A stretch of 64,000 nucleotides of DNA from Candidatus Poribacteria bacterium (GCA_963665845.2 OY762492.1:3886615-3950614); one strand, 5' to 3'; counted from the first letter of the stretch, positions 37,628 to 48,223 are shown. Numbers and translations are program-made. Notes: generated by a model from the letters alone, not told the origin.

Positions 37628-38567
37628 GCGAGCCTGCTGGATGGCTGCGCTTGCCGCTTTATGCGTCTCCGCTTGCGCCCCTGTCCCGGCGCCTCCGCCT
37701 CCGCTTGAGTCGGCGCCTGTTCTGCAGGCGCGCTACCTCGGCGCGTTCGGCGGACAAGGCGCTCAAGAGGGGCAATTCAACAAGCCCGCCGGCATCGCGT
37801 TCTCAAGCGGCGGGACGCTTTATGTTGCCGACGCCGGCAACCACCGCGTTCAAGCGTTCGATCTGAACGGCGCCTTTCTCCGCGCTTACGGACGCTTCGG
37901 GCGCGACGCGGGAGAGATGGACCAGCCGGTTGATGTGGCGGTTCGGCGTCAAGCGCGGACGCTGCTGTACATCGCCGAGCGCGGAAACGCGCGCGTTCAG
38001 GCGCTGGACATGCGCGATGAGCGGTACTGGACGCTCATTCAGGACGACGGCTCCGGCAGTTTTGAGCCGTCCGGGGTCGCGGTCGCGCGGGCGGGGGATC
38101 TGTATATTGCGAATGCGGCGGCGCGGTCGATCATGCGCGTGTCGCCGCAGGGGCAGATTCAATGGACGCGCGGGATGCCGCTGATGGCGCTGCGCATGCC
38201 GTCGCGTCTGCGCGTCGGGCTGGACGGCGCCGCCGTTGTGGCCGATCCGCTCGGCGGGCGGGTCGCGCGCGTCGATTTTGCCGGCAGCCCGATGGAATCG
38301 TGGGAAGACGCGCGGATAGGCGCGCCCGCCGCCGCCGCGGTGGACGCCGAGGGGCGCTGGTATGTGTGCGACCTGCGCAAGAAACGGATCGCCGCGCTAG
38401 ACCCGCAGGGGCGTTTGACCGGTTTTTTCGGCGAAGGAGTACTGTCAGAACCTGTCGGCGCCGCCGTCTCCAAAAAGAATGTTCTTTATGTCGCTGATCA
38501 GGGCGAACATAACGTTAAACGTTTTCAACTGCTGAACCGCAACCGCGCAAAGGGCTTATTGCCATGA
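37581..38567 (+). CDS. NHL-repeat (lipo)protein
   Basis: GQFNKPAGIA...LYVADAGNHRVQAFD, GEMDQPVDVAV, LYVADQGEHNVKRF; VSAC lipobox-like; start uncertain. Confidence 0.85.
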   Translation: MKSLSIFFALKSRPSRRACWMAALAALCVSACAPVPAPPPPLESAPVLQARYLGAFGGQGAQEGQFNKPAGIAFSSGGTLYVADAGNHRVQAFDLNGAFLRAYGRFGRDAGEMDQPVDVAVRRQARTLLYIAERGNARVQALDMRDERYWTLIQDDGSGSFEPSGVAVARAGDLYIANAAARSIMRVSPQGQIQWTRGMPLMALRMPSRLRVGLDGAAVVADPLGGRVARVDFAGSPMESWEDARIGAPAAAAVDAEGRWYVCDLRKKRIAALDPQGRLTGFFGEGVLSEPVGAAVSKKNVLYVADQGEHNVKRFQLLNRNRAKGLLP

Positions 38568-38767
38568 AACCGCATGAAGAGCCGACCGTCATCGCGCCGA
38601 CCGACGAGGACAGGCATGTATTGGAAAAAACGCTGCTGGACGCGGCGGAAAAACTGTTCGCCCAGCTGACCGACGACGAATGGGAACTGCTGCGCAAGAG
38701 GCTGGACGAGATTCGCCGGCGCAAGCGTCCGTTTCAATTTGACCAACGCATCGGGTATTTTGTATAA
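38564..38767 (+). CDS. Small hypothetical protein
   Basis: ATGA overlap with the upstream gene and abuts the next start; helical composition. Confidence 0.65.
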   Translation: MKPHEEPTVIAPTDEDRHVLEKTLLDAAEKLFAQLTDDEWELLRKRLDEIRRRKRPFQFDQRIGYFV

Positions 38768-40159
38768 ATGAAAATGAACGTTCTGCGCCGTTTCTTCGTT
38801 GTTGCCGCTCTGCTGCTGTGCGCCGCGTCGGTTGCCGCCAACCCGTTTGTTCGCTTGGCGCCTTTAAATGAGGCGGAAGCGGAGGCGGTTCAGGAAATTG
38901 CCGGCGGATTTAACTTGGATGCATGGTTTGATGCGTTAAATGATTTGGCTTATGGAGCCGCAAGTCGATACTCTTTTCGCGTCAGGGGCGCGGAGATTTT
39001 AGACGGCTCGCCGCAGCCGGACGGCGCCGCTGACCGCGCCGCGGACTGGATCATCGAGCATCTTGAGATATTCGGATACGAGCCGACGGAGGATCCGTTC
39101 AAGCACACCTTATATAGTACGTTGACCGAAAAAGTGGGCGAGTTCACGATGCGCAACATCGTCGCAGAGAAGCGCGGGTCGGGTCCCAACGCGGATCAGG
39201 TCATCTTGTTGACGGCGCATTACGATTCCATCGCTTCCAGAACGGAGAGCTGGCGGCACAACTGGCGCGGACATCCCGCGCCCGGCGCCGTCGACAACGC
39301 GACAGGCGTCGCGGCGGTTTTAGAAGCGGCGCGCCTCTTCGCCTATACAGACTTCGACTTCACCGTTCGGTTCGTTTTCTTCACAGGAGAGGAACAGGGT
39401 CTGTTCGGAAGCAAGCATTACGCCGAAAACGCCCGGCTCAACGGCGACAAGATCGCCGGCGTTCTGAATGTGGACATGATCGGATTCGACGCCGAAGGTC
39501 CGCTGGATCTGCATATCGTCGCCGACCGAAACAGCGAATGGCTGCTTCAAACGGCGCATGCAGGGGCGCAAGCTATCCAGCCCGACTTGAACCTGCATCT
39601 GCATCGAAACCCAGAATATGTGTACAGCGACCATGCGGCGTTCTGGGCGGAGGGGTATAGCGCCATTCTGTTCATTCAAGATGTGAATTCCGACTCCTAC
39701 CCGTATTTCCATACCATCGAGGACACGGTCGACAAGGTTCAGAAATGGTACGCGGACGAGGCGGTACCGGCGTATATCGCCGCGGCGGCCGCGGCGGCGA
39801 GACCGCTCATCAACGGCGCGCCGCCCGCGCAGGAACCGGGGCGCCTGATTGATGTCTCTGTCTATCCGAACCCGTTTCGGTTGAACGGCAGGCGGCCCTT
39901 GACCGTCCATTGCCAGCTGAACGAGCCGGCGCGCATCGCGCTCCGCCTCTACGATTCGGCGGGGAGCGTTCTGTATCAAACCAGCGCGGACGGGCAGATC
40001 GGACTCAACCGCCTCATCGAATGGGACGGGCGCACTATGAACGGCGAATTTGCCGCCCCAGGCGTCTACTTTATTAACGTGACGACGGAGCTGGCGGACG
40101 GGGCGGCGTCGCGGCGAACGGTCCGCCTGCTCATATTTCCGAGCCGAGAGCCTTGGTGA
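38768..40159 (+). CDS. Secreted M28-family metallopeptidase with C-terminal YPNP/FlgD-like domain
   Basis: AHYDS, GAVDNATG, GEEQGL, NVDMIG, SDH, YFHTIED; VYPNPF...WDGR...GVYF. Confidence 0.9.
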   Translation: MKMNVLRRFFVVAALLLCAASVAANPFVRLAPLNEAEAEAVQEIAGGFNLDAWFDALNDLAYGAASRYSFRVRGAEILDGSPQPDGAADRAADWIIEHLEIFGYEPTEDPFKHTLYSTLTEKVGEFTMRNIVAEKRGSGPNADQVILLTAHYDSIASRTESWRHNWRGHPAPGAVDNATGVAAVLEAARLFAYTDFDFTVRFVFFTGEEQGLFGSKHYAENARLNGDKIAGVLNVDMIGFDAEGPLDLHIVADRNSEWLLQTAHAGAQAIQPDLNLHLHRNPEYVYSDHAAFWAEGYSAILFIQDVNSDSYPYFHTIEDTVDKVQKWYADEAVPAYIAAAAAAARPLINGAPPAQEPGRLIDVSVYPNPFRLNGRRPLTVHCQLNEPARIALRLYDSAGSVLYQTSADGQIGLNRLIEWDGRTMNGEFAAPGVYFINVTTELADGAASRRTVRLLIFPSREPW

Positions 40160-41535
40160 AAATGAAAGCTCTGCGCCGTTTTTGGATATGCGCCGTTTTG
40201 TTGTGCGCCGGCTCTGCGCTGGCTGCGCCCTTAAACCAAGAGCAGATAAACGCCGCCCGCCAGATTGCAAGCGGGTTCGACGCGGACCGCTGGCATCGCA
40301 TCGTGGAAGAGCTGACCGACAACCATGGACTCAAAAGCCGATTCTGCCTTCGGGTTCGAGGCGCGGAGATAGTTGACGGATCCGATCCGCCGGACGACGC
40401 GGCAGACCGCGCCGCCGACTGGATCATGGAGCAGTTAAGAGCGTATGGGTACGAGCCGACGGAGCATCCGTTCAAATATACATTGTACTCTATGTTCGCA
40501 TCGGAGGTCGGCAATTTTACGATGCGCAACATCGCCGCCGAGAAAAGAGGGTCTGGGCATAACGCGCGCCGCGTCATACTTCTGACAGCGCATTACGATT
40601 CCGTCGTTGCAAGTCCGCGCGGAAGGAACTCGAACTGGCGCGAAAGCCCCGCTCCAGGCGCCATTGACAACGCGACGGGCGTCGCGGCGGTTCTAGAAGC
40701 GGCGCGCCTTTTTGCGGAGGTGGAATACGACCTCACGGTACGGTTCGTTCTCTTTTCCGGCGAAGAGATGGGGCTGTCCGGAAGCCGCAATTACGCTCGA
40801 GACGCGCAGCGCAGCGGCGACAGCATCGCCGGCGTTTTGAATGTGGACATGATCGGATTCGACGCCGAGGGACCGTTCGACCTGCATATCGCCGCCGACC
40901 GAAACAGCGAATGGCTTCTCCAAACGGCGCATGAAGCGGCGAATGACCCGCAGTTCAACCTGGCGTTAACGCTGCATCGCGGCAACGGCGGCTTCGACTT
41001 TGGCGACCATACGCCGTTTTGGTATGAAGGATTCAGCGCGGTTGCGTTCACTCAAGATGTCTGCCCCTTCTTCTATCCGCATTACCACACCGTCGAGGAC
41101 ACGATCGACAAGGTACAGATCGACTATGCGTCCGAGGCGGTTCCGGCGTATATCGCCGCGGCGGCCGCGGCGGCGAGACCGCTTATCAACGGCGAGCCGC
41201 CCGCGCAGGAACCGGGGCGCCTGATCGATGTCTCTGTCTATCCGAACCCGTTTCGGTTGAACGGCAGCCGGCCCTTGACCGTCCATTGCCAGCTAGACGA
41301 GCCGGCGCGCATCGCGCTCCGCCTCTACGATTCGGCGGGGAGGGTTCTGTATGAAACGAGCGCGGACGGGCAGATCGGACTCAACCGCCTCATCGAATGG
41401 GACGGGCGCACTATGAACGGCGAATTTGCCGCCCCAGGCGTCTACTTTATTAACGTGACGACGGAGCTGGCGGACGGGGCGGTGTCGCGGCGAACGGCGC
41501 GCCTGCTCATATTTCCCAGCCGAGAGCCTTGGTGA
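40153..41535 (+). CDS. Tandem paralog M28-family metallopeptidase with YPNP/FlgD-like domain
   Basis: Same catalytic motifs; last ~400 bp nearly identical to the first copy. Confidence 0.9.
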   Translation: MVKMKALRRFWICAVLLCAGSALAAPLNQEQINAARQIASGFDADRWHRIVEELTDNHGLKSRFCLRVRGAEIVDGSDPPDDAADRAADWIMEQLRAYGYEPTEHPFKYTLYSMFASEVGNFTMRNIAAEKRGSGHNARRVILLTAHYDSVVASPRGRNSNWRESPAPGAIDNATGVAAVLEAARLFAEVEYDLTVRFVLFSGEEMGLSGSRNYARDAQRSGDSIAGVLNVDMIGFDAEGPFDLHIAADRNSEWLLQTAHEAANDPQFNLALTLHRGNGGFDFGDHTPFWYEGFSAVAFTQDVCPFFYPHYHTVEDTIDKVQIDYASEAVPAYIAAAAAAARPLINGEPPAQEPGRLIDVSVYPNPFRLNGSRPLTVHCQLDEPARIALRLYDSAGRVLYETSADGQIGLNRLIEWDGRTMNGEFAAPGVYFINVTTELADGAVSRRTARLLIFPSREPW

Positions 41536-43520
41536 AGATGTCCAAAACGCGCGCGAACGCAATTCGGCTGACAATTCTTTTTGCGCTTTTGACCGCTCCG
41601 TTGCATGCATTCGGCTCGTTGCCTTCAGCCTTTCTAAAAGAGACGGCGAACCATGTTCACCTCGGACCGCGCTTAAATGTTCAGCTCCAAGAGGACGGCA
41701 TCGAGACGCTGCTGGTTCTTCGCGTCGATTTCGCCGACCAGCCAGGACAACGCCCGCGGCATGAGATCGATGAGCGGCTCTTTGACAAAAACATCGTCTC
41801 GCTCGCCTCCTATATGGAGGAGGTCTCCTACGGGCAGATGTCCGTTCAGCCCGGGCCGGACGGCGGCAGTTATCCGCTGAACGACGCATGGTACCGCGCT
41901 CCCAGAAGCATGCGCTATTACGGGCAAGGAGATATATCGACGCATCGATACCGCGAGCTGATCGAAGACGCGCTGGACGCGGCGCTTCCCGATCTGCGCC
42001 TGTCCGATTTTGATCGGAACGGCGACGGCGTTTTAGATCATCTTGTCATTCTCCACTCGGGCAACGATCAGGCGTCCACAGGCGTTGAGCCAGACATCTG
42101 GTCGGCGCTGCTGTCGGGGCAAAACATTCAGCGGCAGGGGATACAGATCGAAGCGGCGATGATCATTGCGGAAGACCCTGACCGGACGCATCCGAACGTC
42201 GGCATCTGGTGCCACGAGTTCATGCACGATCTCGGCGCGCCCGAAATGTACGGGAGCCTCAAGAGCGTCACGCCGAACGACAACCAGTTTAGCCTCATGG
42301 GCAGAAGCGGCGCCTATCAAGGCGAGGGTCTTCAACCCTCCCACATCAGCGGCTATCTGAAATGGGACATCGACGGCAAGCCTGAAAACGGGCGCAACGG
42401 ATGGATAGAGCCGATGGAAATTCGCGCCGGGGGGCTGATCGAAATCGGCGCGCTCTCCAGCCCCAACGGGAAGCCTGCGCTGTATAAGATCGATGTTCCA
42501 AACACAGACGGGCGCGAATTTTTTCTGATCGAAAACAGGTCAAAAGGCGGGCGATACGACTCCGCCCTGCCGGACGAGGGGCTGCTCATCTGGCATATCG
42601 ACGAGAAGATTCCGATCGGGGAAAGAGAGCTGACCATCGCGCGGCGCGCCTGGCTTGAAGACCCTGGCGACCCGGCGCATGAGCGGCTTGTAGATGAGGA
42701 TAGGAATATTGTCGTCACACAGGGCGCCGCCTACGCCGAAGAAGACCGCCAAACCGCCTTCATGCCATGGACGGCGCCGAACTCAAGCGGGAACGGCGGC
42801 GAAGCGACCGGCATTTCCATCGTCGGCGTTTCTGAATCGGGTCTGGTCATGACCTTCTATGTCTTTTTTGGAGAAACGTTTGAGCCGAACGACACGCCCA
42901 TAGAAGCGTACCCCGTTCCGTTGAACCGAACGATTCACTCCGAGACGCAGGACGGCGATGTCGATCATTTCAGGTTAAACGCGCCGGCAGGGTCGCGGCT
43001 CTTGGCGTCCGCATCGATTCCTCTCAGGACGCCGATTTCGATGTCGCTGCTGAACGCGGCGGGGCGGACCGTCTCATCGGCAACGCGCATCGCCGGCGGC
43101 GAGAGCGACCAGCTCCAGCTGCGTTATTTTAGTCGAAGCGGGGAAACGTTGACGCTGCGCATCGCGCCGACAGGTCCGTTGACCGAAACGGCGCCGTATC
43201 AGTTCAGGGCGCAGGCGGAGACGGCGTCGGACTTTCCGCTTGAGTTCGTATCGCTGCGCATTTATCCGAATCCCGCGCCGATGGGCGTTCCGATACGCGC
43301 CCATGCCGCGCTCTCGCAGGCGCCCATCGACAGGGCGGAGGCGTCTGTCTTTGACGCGCGGGGGTCCAGGGCGATGCGGATGGAGCTGACCGGTCTCTCG
43401 TCGGGAGACGCGCTTTTTCAGTTCAACAACGCGCTCGCCCCCGGCGTCTATTTTATGGTCATATCGGTTGAGCGGAATGAGCGGAAACTGCAGCGGGTCG
43501 GCAAATTCGCCGTCAAATAA
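41529..43520 (+). CDS. Secreted M6-family (immune inhibitor A-like) metalloprotease with PPC-like and YPNP C-terminal domains
   Basis: LRVDFAD, EVSYGQ, DRNGDGVLDHLVILHSG, HEFMHDLG, EFFLIENR, GLLIWHIDE, FEPNDT, IYPNP...GVYF. Confidence 0.88.
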   Translation: MVKMSKTRANAIRLTILFALLTAPLHAFGSLPSAFLKETANHVHLGPRLNVQLQEDGIETLLVLRVDFADQPGQRPRHEIDERLFDKNIVSLASYMEEVSYGQMSVQPGPDGGSYPLNDAWYRAPRSMRYYGQGDISTHRYRELIEDALDAALPDLRLSDFDRNGDGVLDHLVILHSGNDQASTGVEPDIWSALLSGQNIQRQGIQIEAAMIIAEDPDRTHPNVGIWCHEFMHDLGAPEMYGSLKSVTPNDNQFSLMGRSGAYQGEGLQPSHISGYLKWDIDGKPENGRNGWIEPMEIRAGGLIEIGALSSPNGKPALYKIDVPNTDGREFFLIENRSKGGRYDSALPDEGLLIWHIDEKIPIGERELTIARRAWLEDPGDPAHERLVDEDRNIVVTQGAAYAEEDRQTAFMPWTAPNSSGNGGEATGISIVGVSESGLVMTFYVFFGETFEPNDTPIEAYPVPLNRTIHSETQDGDVDHFRLNAPAGSRLLASASIPLRTPISMSLLNAAGRTVSSATRIAGGESDQLQLRYFSRSGETLTLRIAPTGPLTETAPYQFRAQAETASDFPLEFVSLRIYPNPAPMGVPIRAHAALSQAPIDRAEASVFDARGSRAMRMELTGLSSGDALFQFNNALAPGVYFMVISVERNERKLQRVGKFAVK

Positions 43521-43555
43521 ATCTTAGGCATCGCAGCCGCCGCGCCCGCGCTTTA

Positions 43556-43652
43556 AACCCCCCAGCCCCCCTTTTCAAGGGGGAAGTCCAGAAACCGCGC
43601 TCCAACCGCTGTTATTGGGCTATTCGTCATTCCCGCGTAAGCGGGAATCCAG
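43556..43652. repeat. Intergenic REP-like cluster (two palindrome families)
   Basis: CCCCCAGCCCCCCTTTTCAAGGGGGAAGT (43556-43594) and CGTCATTCCCGCGTAAGCGGGAATCCAG (43625-43652). Confidence 0.85.
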
Positions 43653-43739
43653 AGTTTTTCCTGACAGCCTCCGCATTCCAAAAACGACTCTCTAAAATCA
43701 AGATCATCGCCTATAGAGACTGCCTCAGAAACGGCAAGG

Positions 43740-43768
43740 TTGACACGCTCTGCAACTCGGCGTATAAT
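43740..43768 (+). promoter_or_regulatory. Consensus sigma70 promoter
   Basis: TTGACA-N17-TATAAT. Confidence 0.85.
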
Positions 43769-43850
43769 TATCGGCAGCGAATATCATGTGAGCCGCTTGC
43801 GCGGCAGACGACAGATGAAGAGACGACCGAAATAACGCAAGGAGCTTCCA

Positions 43851-44714
43851 ATGCAGAAACGACACAGCGTATTCACCGCCGCGCTGGCTGTCTTTACCGC
43901 CGCGGCGCTGTTGAGCGGCTGCAACCCGACGCCTGAACTGACCGGCATTTCGCCTGACAGCGGACCGGAAACAGGCGGGCAAACGGTCACCATCAGCGGC
44001 GAGAAATTCAGAGAGGGGCTGACCGTCAATTTCGGCGGCAAAAATGTAACGCCGACCAGCGTAACAAAAACCGCCGTCACGCTCACAACGCCCGCCGGCA
44101 ATGTCGGCAGTGTGCAGGTTGAGGTTACGAACCCGAAAGAAAAAAAGGCTGAAACGGTCCTCACCTACGCCTACAAAGACACAACGGCGCCGACACTGAC
44201 GACCTTAACCCCCGCCGACGGACACGCCTACGCGCAGGGAACCGACTACGAAGACGCCATCAACACCGGCATACGGCAGATCTCCGCCGTCTTCAGCGAG
44301 CCGATTTCAACCGGCAGCGTCGCCGTCTCCTTTGACTCGCATGAGAACGCGATCATGTCTGGGCATACGGGAACGGTCGAAGGCGACACGGTCGTTCAGG
44401 ACAACCAGATCACCTTCACCGCGGCGGGCGACCTGCTCTCCTCCCGCAAATATATGGTGACGGTCAAAGCGGCGGACGCGGCGGGAAATGAGTCGGCTGA
44501 AACGAGCGCGGCCTTCGCCATCGAACCGCCGGAGCGCGTTCACCGCTACGTCGTCCAAGAGGGCGACACGCTCCAGTCGATTGCGGCGCGCCCCGACACG
44601 TACGACGACATGGAGCAGTGGAAAAAGATCGCCATCGTGAACGCGGACTACCATGAGTTGAACGCGCAGAAACCGCAGCCGGGGCTGCGCCTCTACCTTC
44701 ACTGGAACGAATAA
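43851..44714 (+). CDS. Lipoprotein with IPT/TIG, Ig-like and LysM domains
   Basis: LLSGC lipobox; PELTGISPDSGPETGGQTVTISG; DTTAPT...DAAGN; YVVQEGDTLQSIA. Confidence 0.85.
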   Translation: MQKRHSVFTAALAVFTAAALLSGCNPTPELTGISPDSGPETGGQTVTISGEKFREGLTVNFGGKNVTPTSVTKTAVTLTTPAGNVGSVQVEVTNPKEKKAETVLTYAYKDTTAPTLTTLTPADGHAYAQGTDYEDAINTGIRQISAVFSEPISTGSVAVSFDSHENAIMSGHTGTVEGDTVVQDNQITFTAAGDLLSSRKYMVTVKAADAAGNESAETSAAFAIEPPERVHRYVVQEGDTLQSIAARPDTYDDMEQWKKIAIVNADYHELNAQKPQPGLRLYLHWNE

Positions 44715-44740
44715 ACGCCCTATCGGAAAGGATTCACGGA

Positions 44741-46438
44741 TTGGAGATGGAGGACCCGCTTAGCGAACAACAACGGGAACAGATTGACGCTCTCGCCGCC
44801 CAGATCGGACATGAGTTTGATCCCGATCTCATGTACGCTCTCGCATTGGAAGCCGCGATGGAGTTGACAAGCGCCCCGGCAGGTTCGCTATGCATTGTGG
44901 ATGAGGAGCGCGGAATCCTTGAGATACCGATCACGCGGGGATTCAACCGTCTTTTTGTATCGAATCTAAACCTGCAGATCGGGCAGGGGCTGATCGGATG
45001 GGCGGTGAAACATGCGCAGTCGGTGAACGTGCCGGACACGCGCAAGGAGAGCCGATTCATCCCTGGCGACATCCAGGCGCTGTCGGAGCTGGCGGCGCCG
45101 ATTGCGCTGGACGGGCGCGTCATCGGCGCGATAGACGTTGCCGCGCCGTATCTGAGCGCGTTTAGCCGAGAGGATGAAGCGGCGCTGCAGTATTTCGCGG
45201 ACCGCCTCGCCCCCAGCATTGAGCATGCGCGTCGGTACGACGCGGCGCGTCAGCGGGCGGCGGCTCTCCATTCGCTTTTCAAGATCGGGAATTACATCTC
45301 GCAGACGCTCAACCTTGAGGAGCTGCTCAAAAGCGTGGTGGAGCATGCGGCGGATCTGATGCAGGCGCGCATTGCGGCGTTGAGCCTACTGGACGAGAAC
45401 GGCGAGATGCTGGTCACAAAAGCGGTGAAAGAGAAAACAAGCGGCGAGTACTCCTCCAAGCCGCCGCTGGCGGTCAACAAGAGCCTTATCGGCGAGGCGA
45501 TCCTCTCTAAAAAGCCGCTTTCGGTGGAGGATGTTCAAAAAGACCCGCGCTATCAGTTCAAGGACCTTGCCCAAAAAGCGGACCTGCGCGGGATGCTGGC
45601 GGTTCCGCTCACCATCGACGACATGCCGCTGGGCGCGTTGAGCGTCTATAAAACGCATCGGCATATTTTCAAGGCGGATGAGATCGCGCTCACGAAGGGG
45701 CTGGCTGATCAAGCGGCGATCGCCATTCGCAACGCGCATTTATATAAAGAGATGTCGATGCTGGACGATCAGGTTCGCCAGGCGGAAAAAATCGGAATGA
45801 TGGGTCAAATGGCGGCGGAGTTTGCCCATGAGCTTCGCAACCCGCTCACGATACTTGTCATGCTGCTGGACATAGAGGCGCCGGGGGAGGATGTGCGTCA
45901 AAAGATACAGGATCAGGTGAAGCGCATGTCCGGCATCGCGCAGAAGTATCTGGACTTTGCGAAGCCGAGCGGGGGGGAATTCAGCGCGACGAATGTGAAA
46001 CAGGTTGTTCGAAATGTGTTGAACATGGTCAAGCACCGGGCAGCGCAGCAAAATGTGCGCGTCCATGAAGAGTTCCCGCGCGAGCGCATCCTTGTGAGCG
46101 CCGACCAGAACCAGCTGGAGCAGGTCTTTTTGAACCTCTTTTTGAACGCGCTGGACGCGATGCCGGTTGGGGGTCGTTTGAGCGTCAAGGCGGAGACGCG
46201 CTGCAATCAGGCCCGGATCGCCGTCTCCGACACGGGCGGCGGCGTGCCTGAACATGTGCAGGCGGAGCTGTTCAAGCCGTTCAACACCTCCAAGCCGTCC
46301 GGAACGGGGCTTGGGCTGTCCATCGTCAAGCGAATCCTCCTTGACCATCAGGGAGACATACGGCATGAGAACGCCGCTGAGGGGGCGCGTTTCATCTTGT
46401 CGCTCCCGCTGCTGAACGAAGGCGGGCATCATGGATAA
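44741..46438 (+). CDS. Cytoplasmic sensor histidine kinase with two GAF domains
   Basis: GQGLIGW...SELAAPI; FAHELRNPL; QVFLNLFLNA, DTGGG, GTGLGL. Confidence 0.93.
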   Translation: MEMEDPLSEQQREQIDALAAQIGHEFDPDLMYALALEAAMELTSAPAGSLCIVDEERGILEIPITRGFNRLFVSNLNLQIGQGLIGWAVKHAQSVNVPDTRKESRFIPGDIQALSELAAPIALDGRVIGAIDVAAPYLSAFSREDEAALQYFADRLAPSIEHARRYDAARQRAAALHSLFKIGNYISQTLNLEELLKSVVEHAADLMQARIAALSLLDENGEMLVTKAVKEKTSGEYSSKPPLAVNKSLIGEAILSKKPLSVEDVQKDPRYQFKDLAQKADLRGMLAVPLTIDDMPLGALSVYKTHRHIFKADEIALTKGLADQAAIAIRNAHLYKEMSMLDDQVRQAEKIGMMGQMAAEFAHELRNPLTILVMLLDIEAPGEDVRQKIQDQVKRMSGIAQKYLDFAKPSGGEFSATNVKQVVRNVLNMVKHRAAQQNVRVHEEFPRERILVSADQNQLEQVFLNLFLNALDAMPVGGRLSVKAETRCNQARIAVSDTGGGVPEHVQAELFKPFNTSKPSGTGLGLSIVKRILLDHQGDIRHENAAEGARFILSLPLLNEGGHHG

Positions 46439-47891
46439 ACCGAAAATACTTGTGATCGACGACGAAGAGGACATCCATTTTGCGCTCAACAGGTCGCTTG
46501 GGCGCGATTACGATCTGCTGAAGGCGCTGGACGCCGAGACGGGGCTTGAGATCGCCGCGGCGGCGGCGCCGGACCTGGTCATCACCGACATCCAGCTGCC
46601 GGGCATCAGCGGCATTGAGGCGCTGAACACGCTCAAAAGCGAATATCCGAATGTGAGCGTCATTGTCATGACAGCGCATTCGACCACCTCGCGCACGATT
46701 GAATCGACGAAGCTGGGCGCGTATGAGTATTTTATCAAGCCGCCCAACACGAACGAGCTGCGCGGCGCCATCGACCGCGCGTTGAAAGACGCTGAACATC
46801 AGAAACAGGCGGAGAACGTCCAGACGGACCGATCCGACGTACTGGTCGGCTCGTCGCAGGCGATGCAGAATATCCGCAAGCTGATCGGAAGAATGGCGGA
46901 TCGCATGTCGATGCCCATCGAAGCGTACGACGCGAACGGGATGAAATATGAGAAGTATCCGATCATACTCATCACGGGCGAGACGGGCGTCGGCAAGGAG
47001 CTGGTGGCGCGGCTGCTTCATCAGCATAGCAACCGAAGCCGCAAACGGCTGATTGTGGTGAATGTGGCGGCGGTGCCGGCGAACATCTTTGAAAGCGAGC
47101 TGTTTGGGCATGAACGCGGCGCTTTCACGGGAGCGGAAAAGGCGCGCATCGGGCGGTTTGAAGAGGCGCAGAACGGAACGCTTTTTTTGGATGAGATCGG
47201 CGAAATACAGAACGAACTTCAAACCAAAATGCTGCGCGTTTTGGACGACTGGGAATTCAGCCGCGTCGGCGGAAACGAGCTGATACGCATCAACACGCAG
47301 GTGATCGCCGCGACGAACAAGGACCTGTCCAAGGAGGTGAGCGAGGGGCGGTTCCGCAACGACCTGTATTATCGGCTCAAAAACTTGACGATCCATGTTC
47401 CGCCGCTGCGGGAGCGGAAAGAGGATATTGAGGAGCTGACGAATTATTTTCTAGACAACCTGCGCAAAGCGACCGGTAAATCGAGCCTGCGAGTCAACCG
47501 GCGGACGATGCAGACGCTGAAACGGTATATGTGGCCGGGCAATGTGCGGGAGCTTAAAAATGTGCTGGAGGGGGCGGCGGCGCAAACGGACGGAGAGATC
47601 GCGTCCGAAGACCTGGCTCTGGAAGCGGACCCGGCGGTGTCGACGGCGTTGAGCGCGGACGAGAGCCTGAACAGCGGCATCAACCTGCTGCTAGACAATC
47701 CGCCGACCGAAGGCGCGCATCAGTATATCGACCGCATTTTGACCTTGAACGCTTTGGAAAAAGCGAACGGAAATCAGCAGGAGGCGGCGCGGCTCCTGGG
47801 CGTCTCGCGCAACACGATCGCCGCCAAGCTGAAAAAATACGGCATCACAAAAGAGGTCGCCATCGCCTCCGCAAAACGCGGCGGCGCATAA
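46431..47891 (+). CDS. Sigma54-dependent response regulator (NtrC family)
   Basis: REC domain, [29 protein letters not shown], Fis-type HTH. Confidence 0.94.
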   Translation: MDKPKILVIDDEEDIHFALNRSLGRDYDLLKALDAETGLEIAAAAAPDLVITDIQLPGISGIEALNTLKSEYPNVSVIVMTAHSTTSRTIESTKLGAYEYFIKPPNTNELRGAIDRALKDAEHQKQAENVQTDRSDVLVGSSQAMQNIRKLIGRMADRMSMPIEAYDANGMKYEKYPIILITGETGVGKELVARLLHQHSNRSRKRLIVVNVAAVPANIFESELFGHERGAFTGAEKARIGRFEEAQNGTLFLDEIGEIQNELQTKMLRVLDDWEFSRVGGNELIRINTQVIAATNKDLSKEVSEGRFRNDLYYRLKNLTIHVPPLRERKEDIEELTNYFLDNLRKATGKSSLRVNRRTMQTLKRYMWPGNVRELKNVLEGAAAQTDGEIASEDLALEADPAVSTALSADESLNSGINLLLDNPPTEGAHQYIDRILTLNALEKANGNQQEAARLLGVSRNTIAAKLKKYGITKEVAIASAKRGGA

Positions 47892-47904
47892 GACAGCGCG
47901 CCTC

Positions 47905-48073
47905 ATCCCGTCATTCCCGCAGCCCCATCCCGTCATTCCCGCGTAAGCGGGAATCCAGAGGCGAACCCAAAACTGTCCGCGTTCGGCTGTCATGCCCGCG
48001 TCCGCGGGAAACCCCCCCAGCCCCCCTTTTCAAGGGGGGAGTCCAGAAAACCCTTTTCAAGGGGAGTCTAGAG
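47905..48073. repeat. Composite REP-like cluster
   Basis: Partial plus full CGTCATTCCCGCGTAAGCGGGAATCCAG, a degenerate third copy, and two CCCTTTTCAAGGGG hairpins. Confidence 0.85.
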
Positions 48074-48106
48074 TCGCCGTTCGCATTGAGGTCAGTGCAG
48101 TTTTTC

Positions 48107-48135
48107 TTGACGCTTCGCCTTCCGCGCGGTATGAT
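48107..48135 (+). promoter_or_regulatory. Sigma70 promoter of tRNA-Trp
   Basis: TTGACG-N17-TATGAT. Confidence 0.75.
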
Positions 48136-48146
48136 CATTATCGCGT

Positions 48147-48223
<77 letters not shown>

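Noticed and set aside
47691-48138. ORFs containing WIPAYAGMT / LDSRLRGND
   Set aside because: Translations of REP palindromes, not genes
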